A DNA stretch of 64,000 nucleotides, taken from the NCBI GenBank assembly GCA_050298055.1, contig JBNKTL010000008.1, positions 56,884-120,883 of the forward strand, written 5' to 3'. Shown here piece after piece: positions 55,701 to 64,000 of this stretch. Every line of letters begins with the position of its first letter. The stretch's first letter is position 1. The notes beneath the pieces are model-generated. The model saw only the letters and a program-made list of their open reading frames with translations, was not told the origin of the DNA and made no database searches. The stretch is from Spirochaetota bacterium. Its GTDB lineage: Bacteria > Spirochaetota > UBA4802 > UBA5550. The position numbers and the translations under genes were made by a program.

Positions 55701-58172
55701 ATGGATGAATTTAAAATACTCATCGTTGAAGATGAAAGACTTATCGCTTTTGACCTGAAAGATAAGGTATCCAGGCTGAACTATGAAGTCATTGATATGG
55801 CCTTCACAGGTGAAGAAGCAGTTTCTAAAACATTGAGTGATAAGCCAAATCTGATACTTATGGATATTAACCTGGGGAAGGGAATGGACGGTATTGAAGC
55901 TGCCAGTAAAATACAGCAGCATGTTGATATTCCGGTGATTTATGTTACGGCAAATGCGGATATGAGTACAGTGGAAAAGGCAAGGTCTACTGAACCTTAC
56001 GGCTACATAAACAAACCTGTTAACATCAGGGACCTCTATACCAGTATCGATTCCGCACTGAACAAGCACAGAATGAAGTTGCAGCTTCATGAAAGTGAAA
56101 AAAAATTCCGTCACATATTTGATCATGCAATTGACGGTATCTGTATCATTAATACTTCAGACCGCGGCATTTTTCTCACCAACAGAATGTTTGCCCGGAT
56201 GACAGGCTACAGCAGTGAAGAACTGTCCGGAATGACCATAGACGGCATTCATCCCGAAGATTCCCGTGAAATAGTTAAGGAGGAGGTGAGAAAGATAATC
56301 CATCATTCAACAGGTGTGGTCAAGCATATCCCCGTGAGGAGAAAAGACGGAAGCATTTTTTTTGCGGATATTACTGCCAGCCTGATTACACTGGGGAATA
56401 ATGAGTATATTATGGGTATATTCAGGGACATAACTGAAAGTAAAATGTATGAAGATGCCCTGAGACAGAGCGAAGAACGCTTCAGGAACATTGTCCAGGC
56501 ATCTCCCCTGGGAATTCACATGTATGAACTTGATAAAGCCGGTAACCTGGTATTTTCCGGTGCCAATGAGAGTGCTGATTCCATACTCGGCGTGGATAAC
56601 AGCATATATATTGGCAAAACCATAGAAGAAGCTTTTCCGCCGCTGGCTGAAACCGAAGTCCCGGAGAGATACAGGCTTGCAGCATCAACAGGGACTCCCT
56701 GGAGGTCGGAACATATCATGTATAAGGATAATATGATTTCCGGTATTTTTGAACTCTACGCTTTCCAGACAGAACAGAATAAAATGGTAGCACAGTTTAT
56801 GGATGTAACCGAGAAGAGAAGAGCGGAAGAAGAGATCAGGGAGAAGAATGAAAAACTGGCCGCACTGAATATTGATCTCAGGACCGCAATAGAGGAGCAT
56901 GAAACCACAAACGAACAGCTGCTTCGGGCGCAGGTTGAACTTATCCAGAGAGAAGATTTTTTGCAGAGTATTTTCAGGGTTGTTCCTGCGGGAATAGGTA
57001 CCATAAAAAATGGTGAGATTGAGTGGATGAACAAGATGCTTACAGAGATGACCGGTTACAGCGAAGAGGAACTTATGGGCTCCCGTATGAGGATACTCTA
57101 CAGGGATGACGCCACATATGAGGCTGTGGAGGAAAGTCTTAAAAAGCAGATTCTGGAGGAAGGGAGAGGTTCTCTTGAAACGGAGTGGGTGAGAAAGGAT
57201 GAAAGAAAAATCCATATCCTTTTTGCCGCGACCAGGGTAAGAGAGATGAGAAAGAATGAAGAGATAACTTTCACTGCGCTTGATATCACAGAGAGAAAGC
57301 ATGCTTACGACAGGCTGATCCAGTCTGAGAAGATGATGACCGTGGGCGGTCTGGCCGCGGGAATGGCGCATGAGATAAACAATCCCCTGGGCATTATTAT
57401 GCAGGGGGTACAGATGATCCAAAACAGAATTGATCTGAAAAGCAGTGTGAATAGAAAAGCCGCTGAAGAAGTGGGTCTGGACATGACAAAGCTTTATAAG
57501 TATATGGAAAGAAGAAAGGTGCTGGAATATATCAGCAATATTCGTGATGCCGGAGTCCGTGCAGCTAATATTGTCTCCAACATGCTGCAATTCAGCAGAA
57601 AGAGTGAGACAAAGGTTTCTGGTGTTGATCTCAATGAACTTGTGGACAGGTCAATTGAAATTGCCTCAAAAGACTACGATTTGGAAAAGAAATACGACTT
57701 CCGAAGCATAAAGATCATAAGAAAATATGGTATGTCCCTGAAAAAGATATCCTGCATTGAAATGGAGATAGAACAGGTCATTCTTAACCTGTTGAAAAAC
57801 TCCGCACAATCCATGTCGGAGCAAAACAGGCAAAATGCCGAGCCTGAAATAGAGATTATAACAAGAATGGAAAAGTCATTTGTTGTAGTCGAGGTTATAG
57901 ATAATGGGCCGGGAATAGAAAAGGAGGTCCTCAACAGGATTTTTGAACCCTTTTATACAACAAAAAAAGTGGGCGCCGGTACCGGTCTCGGACTATCTGT
58001 GTCATATTTTATTATTACCAATAACCATTCCGGTTCAATAACAGCTGATTCTGTCCCGGGCAAAGGCGCGAAGTTTACTATAAAGCTCCCGGTTAATGGT
58101 GTAGAGGGCAGCCGGGTAGTAAGAAAAAATGATTTCAGGAGTCATAAAATCAAAAAGGACTTTGACATATAA
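55701..58172 (+). CDS. Hybrid kinase REC-PAS-PAS-PAS-HisKA-HATPase
   Basis: IVEDE..LMDI..KP; GMAHEINNPL; NLLKNS; DNGPG; GTGLGL. Confidence 0.93.
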   Translation: MDEFKILIVEDERLIAFDLKDKVSRLNYEVIDMAFTGEEAVSKTLSDKPNLILMDINLGKGMDGIEAASKIQQHVDIPVIYVTANADMSTVEKARSTEPYGYINKPVNIRDLYTSIDSALNKHRMKLQLHESEKKFRHIFDHAIDGICIINTSDRGIFLTNRMFARMTGYSSEELSGMTIDGIHPEDSREIVKEEVRKIIHHSTGVVKHIPVRRKDGSIFFADITASLITLGNNEYIMGIFRDITESKMYEDALRQSEERFRNIVQASPLGIHMYELDKAGNLVFSGANESADSILGVDNSIYIGKTIEEAFPPLAETEVPERYRLAASTGTPWRSEHIMYKDNMISGIFELYAFQTEQNKMVAQFMDVTEKRRAEEEIREKNEKLAALNIDLRTAIEEHETTNEQLLRAQVELIQREDFLQSIFRVVPAGIGTIKNGEIEWMNKMLTEMTGYSEEELMGSRMRILYRDDATYEAVEESLKKQILEEGRGSLETEWVRKDERKIHILFAATRVREMRKNEEITFTALDITERKHAYDRLIQSEKMMTVGGLAAGMAHEINNPLGIIMQGVQMIQNRIDLKSSVNRKAAEEVGLDMTKLYKYMERRKVLEYISNIRDAGVRAANIVSNMLQFSRKSETKVSGVDLNELVDRSIEIASKDYDLEKKYDFRSIKIIRKYGMSLKKISCIEMEIEQVILNLLKNSAQSMSEQNRQNAEPEIEIITRMEKSFVVVEVIDNGPGIEKEVLNRIFEPFYTTKKVGAGTGLGLSVSYFIITNNHSGSITADSVPGKGAKFTIKLPVNGVEGSRVVRKNDFRSHKIKKDFDI

Positions 58173-58235
58173 ACTGTCCATATTACTTTCGGATTTCGGG
58201 ATAGTACCCGCAACTTCCAGAGAGGGAGGGTCTTT

Positions 58236-58613
58236 ATGACTGATAAGTTTAATATTCTAATTGTTGATGATGAAGAGATGGTTGGGGACATGCTTAAGGA
58301 TTTTCTCGAGGACTGTGGATTTAATGTTAAAACAGCACTGACCGGGAATGAAGGCCTGGAGTTTATTGAAAAGGAGAAATTTCATGTTGCTGTTGTGGAC
58401 ATGCGGCTCCCTGATATGATAGGGAATGATTTTATAATAAAAGCCCATGAAATGCAATCCCCTTTAAAGTTCTTTGTTCATACCGGTTCCCATGAGTACA
58501 GGCTTCCCGAAAAACTTGTATCCATTGGTATGTCCCCCGAGTCTATTCTCTATAAACCGATTACTGACATGAATCTCATTTACCAGGCAATAAAAGACCA
58601 GCTTGGTATGTAA
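58236..58613 (+). CDS. Single-domain response regulator
   Basis: IVDDE, VDMRLPD, HTG, YKP. Confidence 0.9.
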   Translation: MTDKFNILIVDDEEMVGDMLKDFLEDCGFNVKTALTGNEGLEFIEKEKFHVAVVDMRLPDMIGNDFIIKAHEMQSPLKFFVHTGSHEYRLPEKLVSIGMSPESILYKPITDMNLIYQAIKDQLGM

Positions 58614-58944
58614 GCCGGTCTTTCTTAATTTTCCTCATCTCCCTGAAGGGGCGTGCTTACTGTCCCCTTAAGGCTTTCTTTTCCCCGCATTTTGGAAACT
58701 CAGGATATGAAATAAAATGAGCCATAAAGGTGCCGGGACTTATCCCCCTTTTTACACATCTTTTCTACTGTGCTTTTTGAAGAAAACAGGGCAATATTTC
58801 TGAATGGAAATTGAAGAAAAACTTTGCGCTCTTTGCGTTTGCTATGTGAAAATATGGGTATATGAAAAAATATCCCTCTTTCCCTGAAAAATTGTAGACA
58901 ACAATCGTGCTCTTTTTTAGCAGTTAAATGAAGAGAATGATCTC

Positions 58945-61932
58945 ATGAATGATATTGTTAACAGAATAGAAGTCTATTATACCGGAGAGGACATACGGGG
59001 CAGGGTCTTCATGCAGCGCCTGGGCAGGCTCGGTTTAAACATTGACAGTATCCTCATTTCGGATAATTACCTGATCAACCACCCGTTCGGCAAAGATGAA
59101 CTTGAAAAAATAGCCGGGTCACTTGTTCAGCCGGTAACACAGAGATATTTAATCAATGAGCCGTTTCTCCCGGATAATTTTGATTATGCCATTGAGATAG
59201 GGTTCCTTCCGGGTGTAACGGACAATGTATCACATACCGTACGTGAATCGGTTGAAGACCTTCTTACCTGCCGGCTTGATAAGGAAAAATCGGTTTTTAC
59301 AACAATAACATATTTTATCAGGTCCACTGCGGGTATTGATGGAATAAAAAAAACAGGGCATGAACTCCACAACCCGCTTATCCAAAGGATAAAAATCCTC
59401 ACAAGAAATGAGTATGTCGAAAAGGGAGGGATGGGAAATGATCTTCCCCTGGTAAAAATTTCCCACAAGCAGCTTGCTGATGAAGTGGACCTCAATGTAA
59501 GCGATGATGAACTGATCAGGCTCGGGAAGGAGGGGATACCCGATAAAGACGGCAGCAGGCGCGGCCCCCTTGCCCTTGACTTCATCTCCCTGGACACAAT
59601 AAGAAATTACTTTAACAATGAAGAGAAAAGAAAGCCAACAGATATTGAACTTGAGTCAATTGCCCAGACATGGAGTGAACACTGTAAACATACGATCTTC
59701 GCAGCTGATTTGGATCATGATGTTACCGGGGGAATATACAGAAAATATATCAAAGAAGCCACCCGGCGCATAAGGAAGGAGAAAGGAGACGGGGATTTCT
59801 GTCTTTCCGTTTTTTCCGATAACGCGGGAGGGATCGAGTTTAATGATGATTATATCATTGCCGACAAAGTGGAAACTCACAACAGCCCCAGCGCGCTGGA
59901 CCCCTTCGGCGGGTCCATCACCGGGATCGTGGGTGTGAACCGGGATATAATAGGATTCGGGATGGCATCAAAACCGGTTGCTAACAGGTACGGTTTCTGT
60001 TTTGCCGATCCCTTTGACGAAAGGCCCCTCTACAGGGACAAAACCGCTGACTCCCGGCTTATGCCCCCCAGGAGAATAATGGACGGTGTGATCTCCGGTG
60101 TCAATGTGGGGGGGAACCAGTCGGGTATCCCCACACCCCAGGGATTTGTCTATTTTGATGACAGGTATAAAGGGAAACCGCTGGTTTTTGTGGGTACACT
60201 CGGTTTGATACCGAAGACAATCAACGGAAAGTCCACGGTAGAGAAAAAGGCCATGAACGGTGACCTTGTGGTCATGATCGGCGGAAAGGTCGGCCGTGAC
60301 GGCATACACGGGGCCACCTTCTCGTCGGAGGCCTTGACATCCGGGAGCCCGGCAACTGCGGTGCAGATAGGCGATCCCATAACCCAGAAGAAGCTCTCTG
60401 ATACAATTGTCAGGGAAGCACGGGAGATGGGCCTCTATAATTCCATTACCGATAACGGTGCGGGGGGTCTTTCCTGTTCTGTTGCGGAGATGGCAAAGGA
60501 ATCGGGAGGATTTGAAGTTGATCTCGAGGATATCCCCCTGAAATATTCCGGTCTCTCTCCCTGGCAGATATGGGTCAGTGAATCCCAGGAGAGAATGACC
60601 CTGGCGGTTCCCCCGGAAAAACTGGAGAGCTTTATCTCACTCATGGAAAAGAGGGGCGTTGAGGCCACGGTCATAGGGAAGTTTAATGACGGCAGCAGGG
60701 GAATTGTCAGGCATAACGGGGAGGTGATATTTGATCTTGACATGTCATTTCTCCATGACGGTCTGCCCAGGAAGAAACTCACGACAAGATATACGAAAAA
60801 AGATAACAGTTATCCTGAATTTGATCTCCCCGCGGACATGAACAGGGTCCTTCATGATATGATGGGGAGGCTGAACATCTGCAGCTTCGATTTTATATCC
60901 TGCCAGTACGATCACGAAGTGCAGGGAAATTCCGTTATTAAACCGCTGCAGGGAAAAGGGAAGGTCAACGGCAGTGCTTCGGTTATCAGGCCTCTTCTTG
61001 ATTCCTTTAAAGGTGTCGCGCTTTCTCAGGGTATGTATCCTGTCTACAGCGATATCAATACATACCATATGGCGGCCTGTTCCATTGATACTGCCGTGAG
61101 AAATGTCATCAGTGTGGGAGGTACACTTGACAGGATCGCACTCCTTGATAATTTCTGCTGGTGTGATTCAAACAACCCGGAAAGGCTGGGGCAGCTGAAA
61201 GAGGCCGCCCGTGCATGCTACGATTACTCCGTGGCGTACGGGACCCCTTTTATATCGGGAAAGGACAGCATGTTCAATGATTTCAGGGGATATGATGAGA
61301 ACTTCAATGAGGTATTCATATCCGTACCCCCCACGCTCCTCATCTCTTCAACGGGAGTGGTTGATGATATCAGAAAATGCGTAAGCATGGATTTCAAGGT
61401 GCCCGGTGACCTGCTCTATATTATCGGAGATACGAAAGATGAGACCGGGGGGAGCGAATATATTGCTTACATGGGTGAGAAATTATCAGGAAGACCCTAC
61501 CTGGGAAATAATGTCCCGGAAGTGAACGCTGAGGAGTTCGGCAAAAGATACAGGGCATATGAAAATGCGGTCCGGCGGGGGTATATCTCTTCCGCCGCAA
61601 GCCTTGAGAGGGGCGGGTTTGCCGCGGCACTGGCAAAGTCCGCAATAGGGGGAGAGCTCGGATGCGAGGTTGACCTGTCACGGCTTCTTTCATCCGGTAA
61701 GGAGAGGACAGATACCCTTCTCTTTTCCGAAACCCAGGGAAGATTACTGGTTGCAATCGATCCTGCCGTTAGGCCGGAATTCGAGGAATTGATGAAGGGG
61801 ACAGCCTTCAGCTGTATAGGGGAGCTTACTGACACCGAAAGGCTTATTATCAGAAATGACGGCAGCCCGGTCATTGATACCGGGATTGATGAATTAACAG
61901 AATCGTACAGGAGTACCTTTAATGGATTCTAA
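58945..61932 (+). CDS. purL: Phosphoribosylformylglycinamidine synthase PurL (with N-terminal PurS-like extension)
   Basis: QTWSEHCKH, VETHNSPS, GRDGIHGATFSS, DNGAGG, SESQERM, ISGKDSM. Confidence 0.95.
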   Translation: MNDIVNRIEVYYTGEDIRGRVFMQRLGRLGLNIDSILISDNYLINHPFGKDELEKIAGSLVQPVTQRYLINEPFLPDNFDYAIEIGFLPGVTDNVSHTVRESVEDLLTCRLDKEKSVFTTITYFIRSTAGIDGIKKTGHELHNPLIQRIKILTRNEYVEKGGMGNDLPLVKISHKQLADEVDLNVSDDELIRLGKEGIPDKDGSRRGPLALDFISLDTIRNYFNNEEKRKPTDIELESIAQTWSEHCKHTIFAADLDHDVTGGIYRKYIKEATRRIRKEKGDGDFCLSVFSDNAGGIEFNDDYIIADKVETHNSPSALDPFGGSITGIVGVNRDIIGFGMASKPVANRYGFCFADPFDERPLYRDKTADSRLMPPRRIMDGVISGVNVGGNQSGIPTPQGFVYFDDRYKGKPLVFVGTLGLIPKTINGKSTVEKKAMNGDLVVMIGGKVGRDGIHGATFSSEALTSGSPATAVQIGDPITQKKLSDTIVREAREMGLYNSITDNGAGGLSCSVAEMAKESGGFEVDLEDIPLKYSGLSPWQIWVSESQERMTLAVPPEKLESFISLMEKRGVEATVIGKFNDGSRGIVRHNGEVIFDLDMSFLHDGLPRKKLTTRYTKKDNSYPEFDLPADMNRVLHDMMGRLNICSFDFISCQYDHEVQGNSVIKPLQGKGKVNGSASVIRPLLDSFKGVALSQGMYPVYSDINTYHMAACSIDTAVRNVISVGGTLDRIALLDNFCWCDSNNPERLGQLKEAARACYDYSVAYGTPFISGKDSMFNDFRGYDENFNEVFISVPPTLLISSTGVVDDIRKCVSMDFKVPGDLLYIIGDTKDETGGSEYIAYMGEKLSGRPYLGNNVPEVNAEEFGKRYRAYENAVRRGYISSAASLERGGFAAALAKSAIGGELGCEVDLSRLLSSGKERTDTLLFSETQGRLLVAIDPAVRPEFEELMKGTAFSCIGELTDTERLIIRNDGSPVIDTGIDELTESYRSTFNGF

Positions 61933-61959
61933 GAGTTTTGTCCTCCGCGGGGGTACCCT

Positions 61960-62790
61960 GTGACGAGACCCCGCGTAGTCCTTCTTTCCGGTTACGGGAT
62001 AAACTGTGAAGAGGAGACGGCATTTGCTTTCCGTTATGCGGGTGCTGATGCCGAAATTATTCACATTAACGACATCATTGCGGAAAAAAACCTGCTGAAC
62101 AGGTACCAGATACTGGTTTTCCCCGGCGGTTTTTCATACGGAGATGACACGGGAAGCGGCCTTGCCATGGCGAACAGGATCAAGAACAACCTCATTGACG
62201 AACTTGTTTCATTTATCCGGAGGGACACGTTGATTCTGGGGATATGCAACGGTTTTCAGGTCATGGTCAATATCGGTATTGTTCCCGGTTTCGGGATAGG
62301 GGAGGAGAGAACCGGTGACTTTACGGGGAAAGCGGAGGTTGCCCTTGAACATAACAACACATTCAGGTACCAGTGCAGGTGGGTTGACCTGAAAGTTGAA
62401 AAGGATTCACCGTCGGTATTTACCCGGGGGATCGACTCCCTTCATATTCCCGTAGCCCATGGTGAGGGGAACTTTACTTCGCCTTCGGATGTGCTGAATG
62501 AAATTGAAAACAACAATCTTGTTACAATGAGATATGTAAGCCCTGACGGCAAAGCTGCCGGCGGGAGGTTTCCCGAAAATCCCAACGGTTCAATGAATGA
62601 TATTGCTTCCCTGTGCGATAAAACAGGGCGAATCATGGGAATGATGCCCCACCCGGAGCGGGGTATGTTCTTTACACAGAGGGATGACTGGCCGTTGAAA
62701 CTGCAGCTGGCAAAGAGAAACGGCGAAGAGGCCAGGGAAGAAGCTGACGGTATGAGGATCTTCAGGAACGCCGTGGAATATTATGATTAG
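61960..62790 (+). CDS. purQ: FGAM synthase glutaminase subunit
   Basis: PGGFSYGD, GICNGFQ, VAHGEG, MMPHPER. Confidence 0.95.
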   Translation: MTRPRVVLLSGYGINCEEETAFAFRYAGADAEIIHINDIIAEKNLLNRYQILVFPGGFSYGDDTGSGLAMANRIKNNLIDELVSFIRRDTLILGICNGFQVMVNIGIVPGFGIGEERTGDFTGKAEVALEHNNTFRYQCRWVDLKVEKDSPSVFTRGIDSLHIPVAHGEGNFTSPSDVLNEIENNNLVTMRYVSPDGKAAGGRFPENPNGSMNDIASLCDKTGRIMGMMPHPERGMFFTQRDDWPLKLQLAKRNGEEAREEADGMRIFRNAVEYYD

Positions 62791-62808
62791 AGGGACAGGT
62801 AAAGAAAA

Positions 62809-63837
62809 ATGAGTCTTACATATATACAGAAACTGCCTTCGGTTGAAGAAATTCTTGAAGGACAACCGCTGGGCAAAGAGCTTTCAGATATTAAAATGAA
62901 AAGAGATGCGGAGATAGCAGGTGTCTTCCTGGGCAAAGATGACAGGTTTATTCTCCTCATCGGACCATGCTCTGCCCATGATGAAGATGCTGTCTGTGAA
63001 TATGTGTCCCGGCTTTCTGCGGTTCAGGAGAAGGTCAGGGAGAAACTGATCCTGATTCCGAGGATTTATACGAATAAACCGAGAACCACGGGCGGGGGAT
63101 ACAAGGGAATGCTTCATCAGCCCAATCACCAGGAGAGCCCGGATATGGCCAGGGGGCTCAGGGCCATAAGGCGTATGCATATCCGCGCACTCTCCGAGTC
63201 CCATCTTACGGCGGCAGATGAAATGCTCTACCCGGGTAACTATCCCTACCTGGCTGATCTTCTCGCATATGTTGCAATCGGCGCGAGATCTGTGGAGAAC
63301 CAGCAGCACAGGCTAACGGTAAGCGGGCTTGACATACCGGTAGGGATGAAAAATCCCACTGCGGGCGATAGTAAGATTATGCTGGACTCTATCCAGGCGG
63401 CACAGGAACCGCATTTTTTTGTTTATAATGGATGGGAAGTTTCAACAGAGGGAAATCTTCTTACCCATGCGGTGATACGGGGCTCTCTTGACAGGAACGG
63501 CAACCATCTCCCTAACTATCACTATGAGGACCTTGTCAAGCTCGCGGATATGTACCGGGAGAGGGAGCTGAAAAATCCTGTTATTATCGTTGATACAAAT
63601 CACTCAAATTCCGGTAAATGCTACAGTGAACAGCCCCGAATTGCCATGGAAGTGATCAGAAGCAGGCAGCACTCTGATGTTTTAAAAAAGATGGTACGGG
63701 GTTTTATGATCGAAAGTTACCTGGAGGAGGGTGCGCAGGGCCTGGAGGATAATGTCTTTGGCAAATCAATAACAGATCCCTGCCTGGGCTGGAAAGATTC
63801 CCAGCGTCTTATTCTGGAACTCGCGGAGTGTTTATAA
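62809..63837 (+). CDS. DAHP synthase, class I-alpha (AroF/G/H type)
   Basis: IGPCSA, KPRT, IGARS, GMKN, DTNHSNS, MIES, SITDPCLGW. Confidence 0.93.
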   Translation: MSLTYIQKLPSVEEILEGQPLGKELSDIKMKRDAEIAGVFLGKDDRFILLIGPCSAHDEDAVCEYVSRLSAVQEKVREKLILIPRIYTNKPRTTGGGYKGMLHQPNHQESPDMARGLRAIRRMHIRALSESHLTAADEMLYPGNYPYLADLLAYVAIGARSVENQQHRLTVSGLDIPVGMKNPTAGDSKIMLDSIQAAQEPHFFVYNGWEVSTEGNLLTHAVIRGSLDRNGNHLPNYHYEDLVKLADMYRERELKNPVIIVDTNHSNSGKCYSEQPRIAMEVIRSRQHSDVLKKMVRGFMIESYLEEGAQGLEDNVFGKSITDPCLGWKDSQRLILELAECL

Positions 63838-64000
63838 GGGACCTTATGATCTCATTTACGCCCCCCATCCCCCTTGTCTGTCGATTTTTAAAAATTGAAA
63901 TAAACAGTTATTGTTTAAATCTTCCTCGATTATCAAGATTGGGGGGTACTATTTATAAAGTTTCAAATTTCAAATTGTTGATTATCAGGTATTTATGCAT

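Noticed and set aside
56685..57590. Long antisense ORFs (301 aa here; also 52652-53359, 22164-22835, 8370-8990)
   Set aside because: Shadows of well-supported genes on the opposite strand, with no motifs.
58614..58944. Purine or ZTP riboswitch upstream of purL
   Set aside because: No recognisable conserved core by eye; an Rfam scan would be needed to exclude it.
63861..63947. cccccc..cttg / caag..gggggg inverted repeat after the DAHP synthase gene
   Set aside because: Weak and single in this window, near the edge; cannot be assigned.
1..64000. tRNA, rRNA, prophage, integrase or intact transposase
   Set aside because: None recognised by eye; tRNAscan/Infernal were not run.

Overview
64 kb of bacterial chromosome, most likely an uncultured spirochaete related to the Leptospirae (inferred from a FcpB-like flagellar sheath protein, FapA/DUF342, sigma28-type promoters and spirochaete-type hypotheticals). 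About 50 CDSs, mostly housekeeping or envelope genes (gap, ugd, mgtE, tatD, coaD-rny-ymdB, hslO, menG-menA, pcm, yhbY-asd, tatA, purL-purQ, DAHP synthase, two hybrid kinases). I found no rRNA, tRNA, CRISPR, prophage or intact transposase. The notable content is: (1) a dispersed ~141-bp MITE family with 14-bp TIRs, 8-bp target duplications and a central GC hairpin with a GNA triloop that is flipped in some copies (9 near-complete copies plus fragments); (2) 7/9/10-bp-periodic palindromes, sometimes nested, and REP-like clusters; (3) a 1466-aa dikinase with PPDK ATP-grasp and phospho-His domains, no pyruvate barrel and ~950 aa of unknown N-terminus, next to a divergent GAPDH; (4) a pore-less voltage-sensor/HAMP-like membrane protein; (5) a divergent RtcB-like protein; (6) several apparent pseudo-enzymes and a CheD-like gene lacking a canonical start. 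All family calls come from motif recognition by eye, not database searches.
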